The notes under the pieces were generated by a model. It was not told the origin of the DNA, searched no databases, and saw only the letters and a list, made by a program, of their open reading frames with translations. Positions 1 through 9,924 of a DNA stretch of 64,000 nucleotides are shown one piece after another. Position numbers and translations under genes: made by a program. Within the stretch, counting starts at the first letter, position 1. Each line of letters begins with the position of its first letter. Origin of the DNA: the human T2T-CHM13v2.0 reference genome, Homo sapiens; the NCBI RefSeq assembly GCF_009914755.1, contig NC_060940.1; one strand, given 5' to 3'.

Positions 1-86
1 ATGCTGCCCAGAGTCCCGCCCTGAGCCCTGCCCTTCTTGCCAGGCCCTTCTGGCCGGACCCAGTCATCTTTTCCTTTTGCCTCCAG

Positions 87-154
87 ACGCAGCCACAGCA
101 AAGGAGGCAGCAAAGCCCAGCCCTGCCATGGATGTGCAGTTCCCGGTGCCAAAT
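87..154 (+). CDS. KATNB1: KATNB1 coding exon ([23 protein letters not shown])
   Basis: ctccag acceptor, AAT|gtatgt donor; peptide matches katanin p80 and phases join with downstream exons. Confidence 0.93.
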
Positions 155-275
155 GTATGTCCATGGAGGGAGCATGGTGTGGGGCCTAGAGAAGGTCCTG
201 ACCCAGGGTTGGGGGTGCCTCGGGAGGCAGAGAGGGAGGCCCCAGGCCGGCAACCGCTGAGTTTCACACTTTCAG

Positions 276-395
276 CTGGAGGTCCTGCCCCGGCCCCCAG
301 TGGTTGCTTCCACACCTGCACCCAAGGCTGAGCCTGCCATCATCCCTGCCACCCGGAACGAGCCCATCGGGCTGAAGGCCTCCGACTTCCTGCCC
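276..395 (+). CDS. KATNB1: KATNB1 coding exon (LEVLPRPP...GLKASDFLP)
   Basis: tttcag acceptor, CCC|gtgagt donor, 120 nt, phase 0-0. Confidence 0.95.
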
Positions 396-501
396 GTGAG
401 TAGGAGCCCAGCTCGAGGCATGGGTGGAGGTCTGTGGGTGGAGGGCAGAGCTTTGCTGCTGGCTCCTCCCATGCCAGCATCTGGGTGTCCATCCCACGCA
501 G

Positions 502-651
502 GCCGTGAAGATCCCCCAGCAGGCCGAGCTGGTGGACGAGGATGCCATGTCACAGATCCGCAAAGGCCACGACACCATGTGTGTGGTGCTCACCAGCCGC
601 CACAAGAACCTGGACACTGTGCGGGCTGTGTGGACCATGGGCGACATCAAG
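502..651 (+). CDS. KATNB1: KATNB1 coding exon, con80 domain (AVKIPQQ...WTMGDIK)
   Basis: acgcag acceptor; AAG|gcaagt non-canonical GC donor; 150 nt. Confidence 0.95.
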
Positions 652-997
652 GCAAGTGCCCACCCTTGCACAGGGCCTCATCTCGCCCCCCTGCCCCTGC
701 CACCTGCCTGCCCGGGCTTGGGGCAGAACAAGAAGAGGCCACCCATGGGGGACAGTGTGGGATAGGCCATCCCTGACGTCACACCATCTGTTTCCGCCAT
801 CATCATCATCATCACAGACTGCCGTTTAGTGAGCATCTGTTTACATGCCTGGCCTTACACTCATTGCGTTAGGTGCAGTGCTGAATACCCACAGCCCCAT
901 CAGCACACCCACATTCACGTTCGTACCCCCACCCTCACCCTCACAGGGCCACACTGTCCCCCACTGCCCCACCCCTGACGGTGCTCTGTTTGCACAG

Positions 998-1074
998 ACG
1001 TCGGTGGACTCCGCTGTGGCCATCAACGACCTGTCGGTGGTGGTGGACCTCCTGAACATCGTCAACCAGAAAGC
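998..1074 (+). CDS. KATNB1: KATNB1 coding exon ([26 protein letters not shown])
   Basis: gcacag acceptor, GC|gtaagt donor. Confidence 0.95.
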
Positions 1075-1148
1075 GTAAGTGGCTGCAGAGGGGGAGTGGG
1101 CGGAGGGGCAGGGCTGGGCTGATGGCAGCATGTCCTGGCCTCTCCTAG

Positions 1149-1223
1149 CTCCCTGTGGAAGCTGGACCTGTGCACCACCGTCCTGCCACAGATTGAGAAG
1201 CTTCTGCAGAGCAAGTATGAGAG
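1149..1223 (+). CDS. KATNB1: KATNB1 coding exon ([25 protein letters not shown])
   Basis: tcctag acceptor, AG|gtgcgt donor; follows a 74-nt G-rich intron. Confidence 0.95.
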
Positions 1224-1512
1224 GTGCGTGTGGGGAAGCCATGCCTGCCTGAAGCAGGGGGAGGGGAGAGGTAAGAAGCCTCCTCCAGAACCATGGGAAG
1301 GACCCCCAAGAGCCTGGGTGTTCCTGTGAGCTGGCTGTGAAGCATTGCTGCCCCTCAACAGTCCGGAGGTGGGAGTGGAAACAGGCGTGTGTGGGTGTAT
1401 GTGTGTGTGTGTCTGTGTCTGTTTCTGCCCCTCTCCTCCTTTGTTCCTTGCTGTTTCTCTTTCTGTCTGTGGCCCTTGGTCCATCTGTGACTTCATCCAT
1501 CTCCCCCTAAAG

Positions 1513-1629
1513 CTACGTCCAGACGGGCTGCACCTCCCTGAAGCTGATCCTGCAGCGGTTTCTGCCCCTCATCACAGACATGCTGGCGGCCCCACCCTCT
1601 GTGGGTGTGGATATCAGCAGGGAGGAGAG
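1513..1629 (+). CDS. KATNB1: KATNB1 coding exon ([18 protein letters not shown]...DISREER)
   Basis: ctaaag acceptor, AG|gtgagg donor. Confidence 0.94.
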
Positions 1630-1970
1630 GTGAGGGCAGCGCATGTGTTGGGGGCAGGGGTGCCACAACAGGTGAGGGGACAAAGGCCTGGAGGCCTGGG
1701 CCCCTCTTACTGACAGTCCTGCTGGGACAGAGTACAGAGGAGGCGTTGGTCTGGGGCCATGGCTCAGGGTGTGGGTGGGCTTAGCCAGAGCTGGGTTCCT
1801 CCATGGCCTGGCTGTGCCCACAATCCCTGGCAGGGCCTGGGTGGTTCCCCTCTGGGCCTCCGCCTTCCCTTGGGAGGAAGGGCTGGAGCAGTTAGGACAG
1901 CAAAGGCCCTGGGGTTGGGTGTGGGTGGTGGTGGTGCCAGCTAGCCCCTCAGGCACTGCCCTCTCTACAG

Positions 1971-2103
1971 GCTGCATAAGTGCCGGCTCTGCTACAAGCA
2001 GCTTAAGAGCATCAGCGGCCTGGTCAAGAGCAAGTCAGGCCTGAGCGGCCGCCATGGCAGTACCTTCCGCGAGCTGCACCTGCTCATGGCCAGTCTGGAC
2101 TGA
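1971..2103 (+). CDS. KATNB1: KATNB1 last coding exon ([12 protein letters not shown]...LLMASLD*)
   Basis: ctacag acceptor; TGA at 2101-2103; known p80 C-terminus. Confidence 0.96.
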
Positions 2104-2383
2104 GGAAAGCAGTGGGCAGGGGCGCTCGGCAGCCCACAGGGCCTGGCCTCAGCCCCCACTCCTGTTCCTTGTGCACCCACTGGCCCATGAGCCTCTGCCT
2201 GGCCCCTGCTGCTGTCCTGTGGCCGTCCTGGAGGAGGTGATGCTGGTCCCTGGCCACCTCTACAGCCCTGAACTCTTGAGACAACTCTCTCCAGCAATAG
2301 CTGCCCAGCTTTGCCCAACTGTTGCTTCTTGGGGCAGCGAACTGAGCCCTGGGGCTGCTGCTGTAATTTATAAGGCAAATTTT

Positions 2384-2389
2384 ATTAAA
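2384..2389 (+). terminator. KATNB1: KATNB1 poly(A) signal ATTAAA
   Basis: ATTAAA in AT-rich patch ~280 nt after stop, followed by GT/T-rich sequence. Confidence 0.8.
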
Positions 2390-2527
2390 TTTGTAACTAT
2401 TCCCAGGTTTCCTTGTGGGGAATGTTTTCTGCTGGCCACAGGGCTCCCCGGGCCCAGGAGTGCCTGCCCCATGGTTTGAGATGAGGCCACACCCCCTCCA
2501 AGCCCGGGGGTGGGGCTCTGGGCCATG

Positions 2528-2546
2528 TGGCCAGCAGGGGGCAGCA
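2528..2546 (+). promoter_or_regulatory. Candidate CTCF site TGGCCAGCAGGGGGCAGCA
   Basis: Close match to CTCF core CCASYAGRKGGCRS; motif only, binding not shown. Confidence 0.55.
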
Positions 2547-3391
2547 GAGAATCAGGCCTCTGGGACAGCACCAGTTCAGCCAGTGCAGACTGGGAAGGAA
2601 GGGGAGGCGGCAACCACCCTTCCACCACTGGGTGTTGAGGTTAGGGGTGGCCCCCACCAGCCCGTTCCTCCCCACCTCAGCTACACTCAAGCTGTCTTAT
2701 GGACACCCCCAGGATGCCTCCAGGGGCAGGACTAGAAGGGCACCTGCCCCTTCCTCTGAGCAGGGCTCCGATCAGCTGTCACTCCCTGCTGGAGTCCCCA
2801 GCACTGGCTGGCGGGAAAGGGCTCCCTGCTCCGTGGTCACTGCGACAGGTGGGCCCCCTCCTGCTCCCAAGGCAGGGACCAGGTACAGCCCCGCCCCGGG
2901 GTGGTCAGGGTCCTCGGCACTGGAGGAAGGTGGCGTGGACCTCTGGCCAGTTCACTGAAGAGGGAAAAGGCCAGGGCAAAGAGTGGGCAGTGGGTGGTGC
3001 CCAGCAGTAACCTGGAAGCCCAGCATGGTTTGGGCAAGGCTTTGATAGCCTTTGAAGCTCTCTCCAGCCTTAGTTTCCTTCCCATCAGTAACATGGAGGA
3101 ATGCCCCTGTTGGGAGGTCAGTTATCGTGGGCACATGGTAGGTACCGCATGAGGCGACTGTGACCACAAACAACAGAGAAAGTGACCCAGGGTGGGACAG
3201 CGCAGGCTCCCCCCAGTTGTTTGTTAAGGACGCATGTCCCTAACTGACCTAGAGGACAGATCCCAGAGGGCTGTGGGGTGACCAGCCAGCGGGGGAGTCC
3301 ACAAGACCTGCCAGTGCCCCGTCCCCCTAATCAGACCAAGAGGGGCTCACAGACCAACTTTTTCAGACCATACTTGTGTAAAAAGGCTTCT

Positions 3392-3397
3392 TTTATT
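3392..3397 (-). terminator. KIFC3: KIFC3 poly(A) signal AATAAA
   Basis: tttatt on + strand in AT-rich patch ~650 nt after KIFC3 stop. Confidence 0.85.
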
Positions 3398-4040
3398 TTA
3401 ATAAGTAAAAATGGCTAAGCTTCCAAAAGTTCTTAAATAGGATTTCAGAGGGAAGAAAATTCGAGAGACCAGCGAGCCAGGCAGGTGAGCGAGCAGCAGA
3501 ATCCCCCACCCGCTGGCTGCCTCTGCCAGCCATAAACACAGCACGGCCCCGTGGCGGGAGGCCATGCGCCTCCGCACACCCCCCAGCTGCGGGAACCCTC
3601 CTTGAAGGAGAGGGGCGGGGAGGGCTGCCATTGGTGCCACCAACCCACCCCAGTCCCCATGGTTCTTGGGTCTGCCCAGAGGCTCCTCGCCCACCCCCTA
3701 AGGAGGGGGCTGGCCAGCTCTGCAAGCTGAGGAGAGGGGCCGAGAAAGCCTGGGTGAGAGGCCCACCCTCCTCCACACTCCCGCCCTCCTCACGGGGCCC
3801 AGTTCGCTGATGGCCCAGGCCTGCCAGGAAGAGCAGCCACCCCCGCCTTTCCGCCCATGCAATTTGCACTCAGAGCCACAGCCGAGAGACACCGTTTCCT
3901 TCTGAACATGTTTCTCATCTTTGAGGGGAGACAGGGCAGAAGAAGAGCCTCCACTCTCGCCTCTACCTCCGGGGGTCCTGGCGCTGCAGCAGGGACAGGC
4001 CAGTGAGGGCCCAGCTTCAGGCCCAGCGGGGTCACATCCG

Positions 4041-4066
4041 TCACACAGGCAGTGGCCGCGACTTCC
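4041..4066 (-). CDS. KIFC3: KIFC3 terminal exon coding part (GKSRPLPV*), followed by 3' UTR to ~3375
   Basis: cctgcag acceptor; completes 2502-nt ORF of 833 aa. Confidence 0.93.
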
Positions 4067-4281
4067 CTGCAGGGGCATGAGATCATCAGCCTCTTGTCCA
4101 CTTGCCCACCGGCAGCCCACAGCAGTTGCCACCGAGAGCAGGAGGGAACCCAGCAAAAGCACATAGACAAGCGACAGCAGGGGCTAGACCCAGCTCTGAA
4201 CAGCAGAACGTCCCAGCGCAGCCCTGCAACCCACTGCGGGCAGGCAGGCGGGCAGCCCTGGGCCACAGGCCCCACACTCAC

Positions 4282-4310
4282 CTAGAGACTCTGCAGCCCC
4301 AGCCGTCAGG
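4282..4310 (-). CDS. KIFC3: KIFC3 alternative 29-nt exon (gives ...LQPSA*, 826 aa, when included alone)
   Basis: ttgatttcag acceptor, TAG|gtgagt donor, TGA at 4308-4306. Confidence 0.85.
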
Positions 4311-4661
4311 CTGAAATCAAAGTGACAGGCGTCTCACTGGTGGGCTTGCCTTGGGCCAGTACCCCACAAGACCCTGCTGCTGCTACCCCTCTGGACTCAA
4401 GGATGGGCCAGGCCCTCCCATGATCTGGGCTAAACAGGGGCTGGAGCCCTGGGTCCCGGTCCTGTGGCCGGGGCTCACTCCTCACCTAGGAGGTAGGCAA
4501 GCCCGGCCCTTTCTACCCCCGGGGCAGCTGAGGCACAGGGAGGGGGCTGCAGGGGCTGCTCTGGAGGGGGCTTACTGCACAGGCTCAGCCAGCCCACGCT
4601 CAGAGAGCAGGGTCCCAGGGTAGAGTCAGCACCCCCGGCTGAGAGGCTGGGGTCTCCTTAC

Positions 4662-4695
4662 ACTGCCCCCTTCCCACAGACCTTCCATTTCCCAC
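4662..4695 (-). CDS. KIFC3: Putative KIFC3 alternative 34-nt micro-exon (GGKWKVCGKGA)
   Basis: ttctgcag acceptor, AGT|gtaagg donor; restores frame together with the 29-nt exon. Confidence 0.5.
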
Positions 4696-4885
4696 CTGCA
4701 GAACGGACACAGCACTGTCTGCCCTGACTACTGCCTGGGGGCAGGGGAGGTTGTAAAACAGGTTCTAGAGAAGGTGTAAGAACTTTTTAAAAAGGAAAGA
4801 AAAGAGAAAGCCCATCCAGGTAAGGGCAGCCTGGTGACTACTACCCTGGGGAGACTCCCCACCCACACTGCCACTCCAGGCTCAC

Positions 4886-4994
4886 CCGAGGGCTGCAGCT
4901 TCCTCCGGATGGATCCAGGGCGGCTACTGGTCCCAGAGCTGGGGGCTGAGTGGGCCCGTGCCGAGGGCTGTGGCGTCTGACAAGCCGGCTCCCA
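4886..4994 (-). CDS. KIFC3: KIFC3 exon (WEPACQTPQ...RRKLQPS)
   Basis: tcacag acceptor, CGG|gtgagc donor. Confidence 0.93.
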
Positions 4995-5439
4995 CTGTGA
5001 GCAGGGAAGGGCGGATGGGCGGGGGCCACGGCTGCCCTGGCTCCCCACCCTGCTGTGCTTCTCTCTACTCCCCTGCCCTGCCTCCTAACACCCAGTTTCC
5101 TCATCTGCAAAATGGGCATGATGTTTGTGCCCCAGCCTCAGTTATGGCAAGAATTAAATGAGATAATTCATGTAAAGAAGTCAACTAGTTACCACTGAGC
5201 ATCTACTATGTGCCACCCCCACGGCCAGCTCGTCACCCCACAGGAACCTCCGAGGCCAAGAAGAAATACCTGTACTGAAGAGGCTGCTGGCTGTGGGTTC
5301 CAGCCGTAGCTCCACCCAACTCCGGCAGCTTCCCTGCCCCCACTGCTTCAGGACGTCCCCGCCCAGCTCCCTGCTCCTGCCATGACCCAAAGTCTCTGAC
5401 CCAGGGCCACCTGAGCCAGGCCTGTGACAGTCCCCGTAC

Positions 5440-5574
5440 CTCTAGATGCTCCTGGCTTGACCAGGACCCAAGCTCTGCCCTGCGTAGCCCAGGCCCCAGC
5501 TCCACAGAGCGCACCCTCTCAGCAAACTTGAGGGAATAGAGCGTCTCGCTAGTGTTCTTCTCCACGGGGGACAC
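5440..5574 (-). CDS. KIFC3: KIFC3 motor exon (VSPVEKNTSETLYSLKFAERV...QEHLE)
   Basis: Kinesin ETLxSLxFA motif; ccctag / GAG|gtacgg. Confidence 0.96.
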
Positions 5575-5883
5575 CTAGGGGACACGAGAGCTCACTGCCC
5601 ACCCGGGCCAGCTGGAGGGGCAACAGGGTCACGAGAGGGAGCTCACAGCTGGGGCCGTCAGAAGGCTTCCTGGAGAGGCCTGAGGGATGGGGTGGGAGGG
5701 CAGGCAACATGGCAGAGGTGCTGTGGTCAAAGGTGGAGAGGAGGGACTGGGAGTTACACAGGGTGTGTGTGGCCAGGTCTAGGGGCGGGGAGGTCCATTT
5801 GCACAGCCTGGGGTGACTGGGTCTCACTGCTAGCGTAGCCCCTACATGCTAGGGACTGGCCCGCCCTAACCCAAGGTCCTCAC

Positions 5884-6113
5884 CTGTACCACCATGAGGG
5901 TCTTGCTGTCACCACTAAGCGAATCCTGCAGCAGGTAGGTGAGCTTGGAGTTGCGGAAGGGCACGTGGCCCTGGCGGGAGCGCAGGGCAGCAATGACGTC
6001 CCCCAGAGCCGACAGCGACTTGTTGATGTGCTGCGCCTCCCGCAGGCGGCTGCCCTCGGCCCCCGACTTGCCCACGCGCTCCGAGCCAGCCAAGTCCACC
6101 AGGTTCAGCTTCC
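5884..6113 (-). CDS. KIFC3: KIFC3 motor exon ([13 protein letters not shown]...[28 protein letters not shown])
   Basis: Switch II DLAGSE and [10 protein letters not shown] motifs; canonical splice sites. Confidence 0.98.
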
Positions 6114-6199
6114 CTGCAGGGAAGGCACCCACCAGATCAGGCCTGCCCTGCCCCTTGGGGTTGTGGGGATCCTCAGGCCAGGCTGCCTGCCACTCTCAC

Positions 6200-6329
6200 C
6201 CGTGGTGCGGAGGCCTGTGCTGCAGTCCACGCCTCGCACCGTCACGATGAGCAGCGCGTGCGAGCGGGAGCTGTGCTCGTTCAGGTTGGTGAACTCGGTC
6301 GTGCGATTAGTGTGGCCAAACTCAAACAC
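6200..6329 (-). CDS. KIFC3: KIFC3 motor exon (VFEFGHTNR...NEHSSRSH...)
   Basis: Switch I SSRSH; canonical splice sites. Confidence 0.98.
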
Positions 6330-6570
6330 CTGGGGGATTGGGAGGAGGGCAGAGGCACAGCGTTGAGAATGGGGTCCTCAGAGTCACCTGGCCCCAAGCA
6401 CCCATGAGGAGTGGCACCACCCTCCGCAGTTTAGATGAGGAAACTGAGGCTCAGAGAGGCGTGCGGACTTGCCCAAGGGTGCGTGCTTAGGACACAGCAG
6501 AGCCTACATTCAAACCCAGTTGTGTCCTCTAGAGCAGTGTGGCTGTGGTCAGGGGCTCCCGCCTCCACAC

Positions 6571-6694
6571 CTTGTTGATGTCGTCCACACTCTGCACTTG
6601 GAACTCAGTCAGCCCTGGTACATACAGCTGCCCACTGCCGTCTGGGCACAGCCGGATCTCCAGTTTTTCCTGAGGCTCTTTCCCTAGCAGGTCC
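6571..6694 (-). CDS. KIFC3: KIFC3 motor exon (DLLGKEPQEKLEIR...DDINK)
   Basis: ctccag / AAG|gtgtgg; phase fits neighbours. Confidence 0.96.
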
Positions 6695-7047
6695 CTGGAG
6701 GGGCAGGTGAGACAGTCACCCCCTCCTCCCATTTCCAGCTGCTGTTTGCACTGCACCCAGCCCCCCAGCCAGGAATGTTCCCCCAACCCAGGAAGCCTTC
6801 TCCAGCCATCAGCTGAGTGCATCTCTCCTCCTCCAGCTCCTCCACCGCATTCAGCTGAAGACGTGGAGATCTCACTCCACAATACAATGAGCCCCTGTTG
6901 GCAGGGCCCCTAGCTGCCCACTCTCACCCATGGCCACCTGGTGTAGCCCACAGGTAGGGGCAAGGATTGCCTGGGTCTCAGAGAGAGCCCCTCCTCCCCC
7001 CAGAACCATCCAACCCACTGGGCTGAGTCAGGACTTGCAGCCAGGTC

Positions 7048-7119
7048 CCTTGACGGCCTCATCTGGTCCCTACACTCCCTTCACCTTGACGGCCTCATCT
7101 GGTCCCTACACTCCCTTCA
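7048..7119. repeat. Perfect 2 x 36-bp tandem duplication (ccttgacggcctcatctggtccctacactcccttca)
   Basis: Read directly from sequence. Confidence 0.95.
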
Positions 7120-7149
7120 GGAAGACCCCACTTCCTATCCCCCATTGCT

Positions 7150-7311
7150 CCAGCACCACCCCTGAGGATCCCAAAGCTGCCCCTGAGGCCTGCTCCCCAC
7201 ATACTGGGGGTCCCACCTGAGGACCTCGTTCCAGCACCACCCCGGAGGACCCCAAAGCTGCCCCTGAGGCCTGCTCCGCACACCCTGGGGCTCCCACCTG
7301 AGGACCTCATT
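7150..7311. repeat. Imperfect 2 x 81-bp tandem duplication spanning a KIFC3 exon end and 5' splice site
   Basis: ccagcaccac at 7150 and 7231; cccacctgaggacctc at 7212 and 7293. Confidence 0.93.
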
Positions 7312-7428
7312 GTAGATCTCCGCAGCGCTGACGGTGATGGTGTACTCCCAGTCAGACGCCTTCTCCTGCACCTCGGAGAAGAGCAGCTGCAGGGCCCGCT
7401 GGTTGATACCTGGGTTCTCAGCGGTCCC
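7298..7428 (-). CDS. KIFC3: KIFC3 motor exon (GTAENPGINQRAL...EIYNEVL)
   Basis: EIYNE motif; ccccag / CAG|gtggga. Confidence 0.96.
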
Positions 7429-9300
7429 CTGGGGACAGAAGGAAAGGCCCCAGTAAGCCAGGCCTGTCCCCAAAGACGCTCGTGTGGTGTCTGTCCCCAA
7501 AGCCCCTTGACTACCCCTCACAAGCAAGCCTCCTTGCCCAAAGCTCTTACCTACCTGCCACTGTCCCCCAAAATGCCCTCCACCAGCTGCGGGCAACTGC
7601 ACCTCTATTTCCCCACCATTAAAATGGCATCGCCCTGCCAGGACTACCCTGAGACTTATAGTGCAGCACTGGGATGAGGGGCCTGGCCCAGACCCCACAC
7701 AGGGCAGCTGAGGGCCAGATGCATGCCTGGCCCTGTGGGGCCACCTGGGAGGGGCACTGGAAATGAATGACCCCGCCACTGCCCAGAAAGGCGCTCAGTC
7801 TCAGGGAGGCTGAGACCTGGGCTCTGTGGGTGGTAGAGAGGAGGCACAAGGAGGAGCGGGCCAGTGTCCTGGGGAAGGACGGGTGGGCCGGCCTTTCTAG
7901 AAGGAAACCTGGAGTCCCCACCTGGGACCTCGAGGCCCTGGGAGCCTGGCCCTCACCCCTCTTCTGATAGCACCTCTCACTCACTCTCTATTCCGGCCAC
8001 AGGGGCCTCCTGGCTGGGCCTCAGGTGCCCCTGGCATGCTCTGGCCTCTTGGCCTCAGCCCTGCAGCTCCCTCTGCCCCGGGTACTCCTCTGACCGCCCC
8101 TTGGCCGGCTCCGTCATCTCCCTCAGGGAGGCTGCTCCCAAGATGCCCCCTCAGGGAGGCTGCTCCTTCGCCCAGCACCCCCAAATGCCCTGTCCCTCCC
8201 CCTAGTCAGTTCCGCATTCCTGGCTTTATTTTTCTCCCTGGCCTGACAGGACACTTGCTGATTTGTGTGGACCCTGCTGTCTCCCCACAGCCAGGTTGGC
8301 CCTGTGGGGAGGGCCCTCTGTGGGGGCAGGGACTGTTTGGGTCACAGCTGTGCCTGGCACGATGCCTGATACACCTTATGCATCAGCAGATACACTTGAG
8401 GATGAACGCTCTGATGTTCCTGGTGGTCACCTCAACACTAAGCAATCCCAAAGCAGAGCGGGGAGCCCAGAGGATGCCGCACACATCCCCTTCCTCCTCC
8501 TGCCTGGCCTGGCCTGCCCCCACTAACTAGTCTCACCAGTCCCAGAATCGAGGGAACAGCAGAGTCCAGATGGGAAATAAGAGGGCCGCCCAGCAGGCCT
8601 GGCTAGCCCCTTCCCCTGTCCAGACGCCACACCACCTGGCCTCCTCCTGACCTAGGGAATCAATCCCACAGCACCCCTCAGAGCCAGGGCTAGCTTTCCA
8701 CTGCCCTCTGCCCACAGTCAAGATCCTTCCTAGTCTCAACGCCCCTCTCCCTGGCCTGCCACCTGCTCCACCACACCTGGGAGGGTGCCGGTGACGAGCA
8801 GGGAGAGGAAGCCTTGGCCTGGCCCCAGGGACCACCGGCAAGAGCTGGGCTCCCCACAACAGCCTTCATATGCCAGTCTTGCCCTGGGATCTCCTTGAGG
8901 ACTGAGACCCGCCACTCATCCCAGATCCCCCAGGCCCGGCCCAAGGCAGCGGTAAAGCAGGAGTGTGCAGTGCACACTCAAGGTGAAATGCAGCCCTGGT
9001 CCTGAGAGAGGTCGGTGGCCTGCCCCAGACTCTGTCCCCAAGCCGAGATCCCTGTGATGATAGTCCCCCCTTGCCTCTCTCCCAGTCCTGCTGGGCCCAT
9101 TGTGGGTGCCCTTGGGCAAGGGGGCCCCCTCTTAAGGCCTGGTGCCTCAGGGCTAACACAGATAACTACAGCCTCTGCTCCTGGGTTGTGAGGACCAAAT
9201 GAGGCAAAACACACACTGCACAATACCCCAAGACCAATGAGGGAGCCCGCATTCCCTTCATGCTTCACTGTGAACCCCCACCCCATTGGGCAGCACCCAC

Positions 9301-9405
9301 CTCCATCGTGTACGTCTTGCCGGCGCCCGTCTGGCCGTACGCAAAGATGCAGACATTGAAGCCATCAATGCAAGAGGTGACCAGGGCCTGCACCTCCTGG
9401 AACAC
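9301..9405 (-). CDS. KIFC3: KIFC3 motor exon with P-loop ([16 protein letters not shown])
   Basis: Walker A GQTGAGKT; canonical splice sites. Confidence 0.98.
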
Positions 9406-9924
9406 CTGGGAGGGTGGTGGGAGGGAGGCTGGTGGGGGGGCTTCCAGGGCCGCTGGGACCACCAGCTACAAGTCCAGCCACCTCCCCAACCATGCTGTCC
9501 TTCAGCAACACCACATCACGTGTTACTGCAGTCACTCAGCTCACAATGATTCGTGACTCATGAGTCATACATTAGACAGTAGTGGGCAACCGGGCCGCCC
9601 AAAGACTGCAGGGAAGACAGGCCAGTGCCTGCTGCCCTTCCCCCAGCTCCTCCTGCTCTCTCTCAAAGAGTGCTCAGCACAAGGAAGGTGGAGGCCAGCA
9701 CATGCCTGGGGCCTCTCTGGCCTGGGCCTGCCTGCCAGCCATCAGAGGATGGGGGCAAAGATAGAACCAGACATGAGAACAGGAGGGCACAGGCCTGGCA
9801 GGGCTGGCAGGTTGGTCTGGGCAGAGATAAGGGAAGAGTGGACACTGAGAACACATGGTTCTCATACAGCCTCAGGGGGTTGGGGGATTCCTAGGAAGGC
9901 CCAGGGGACTGATACAGGAGGGTA

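Noticed and set aside
7048-7311. Repeat pairs as CRISPR-like array
   Set aside because: Only two adjacent copies each, no spacers, eukaryotic intron
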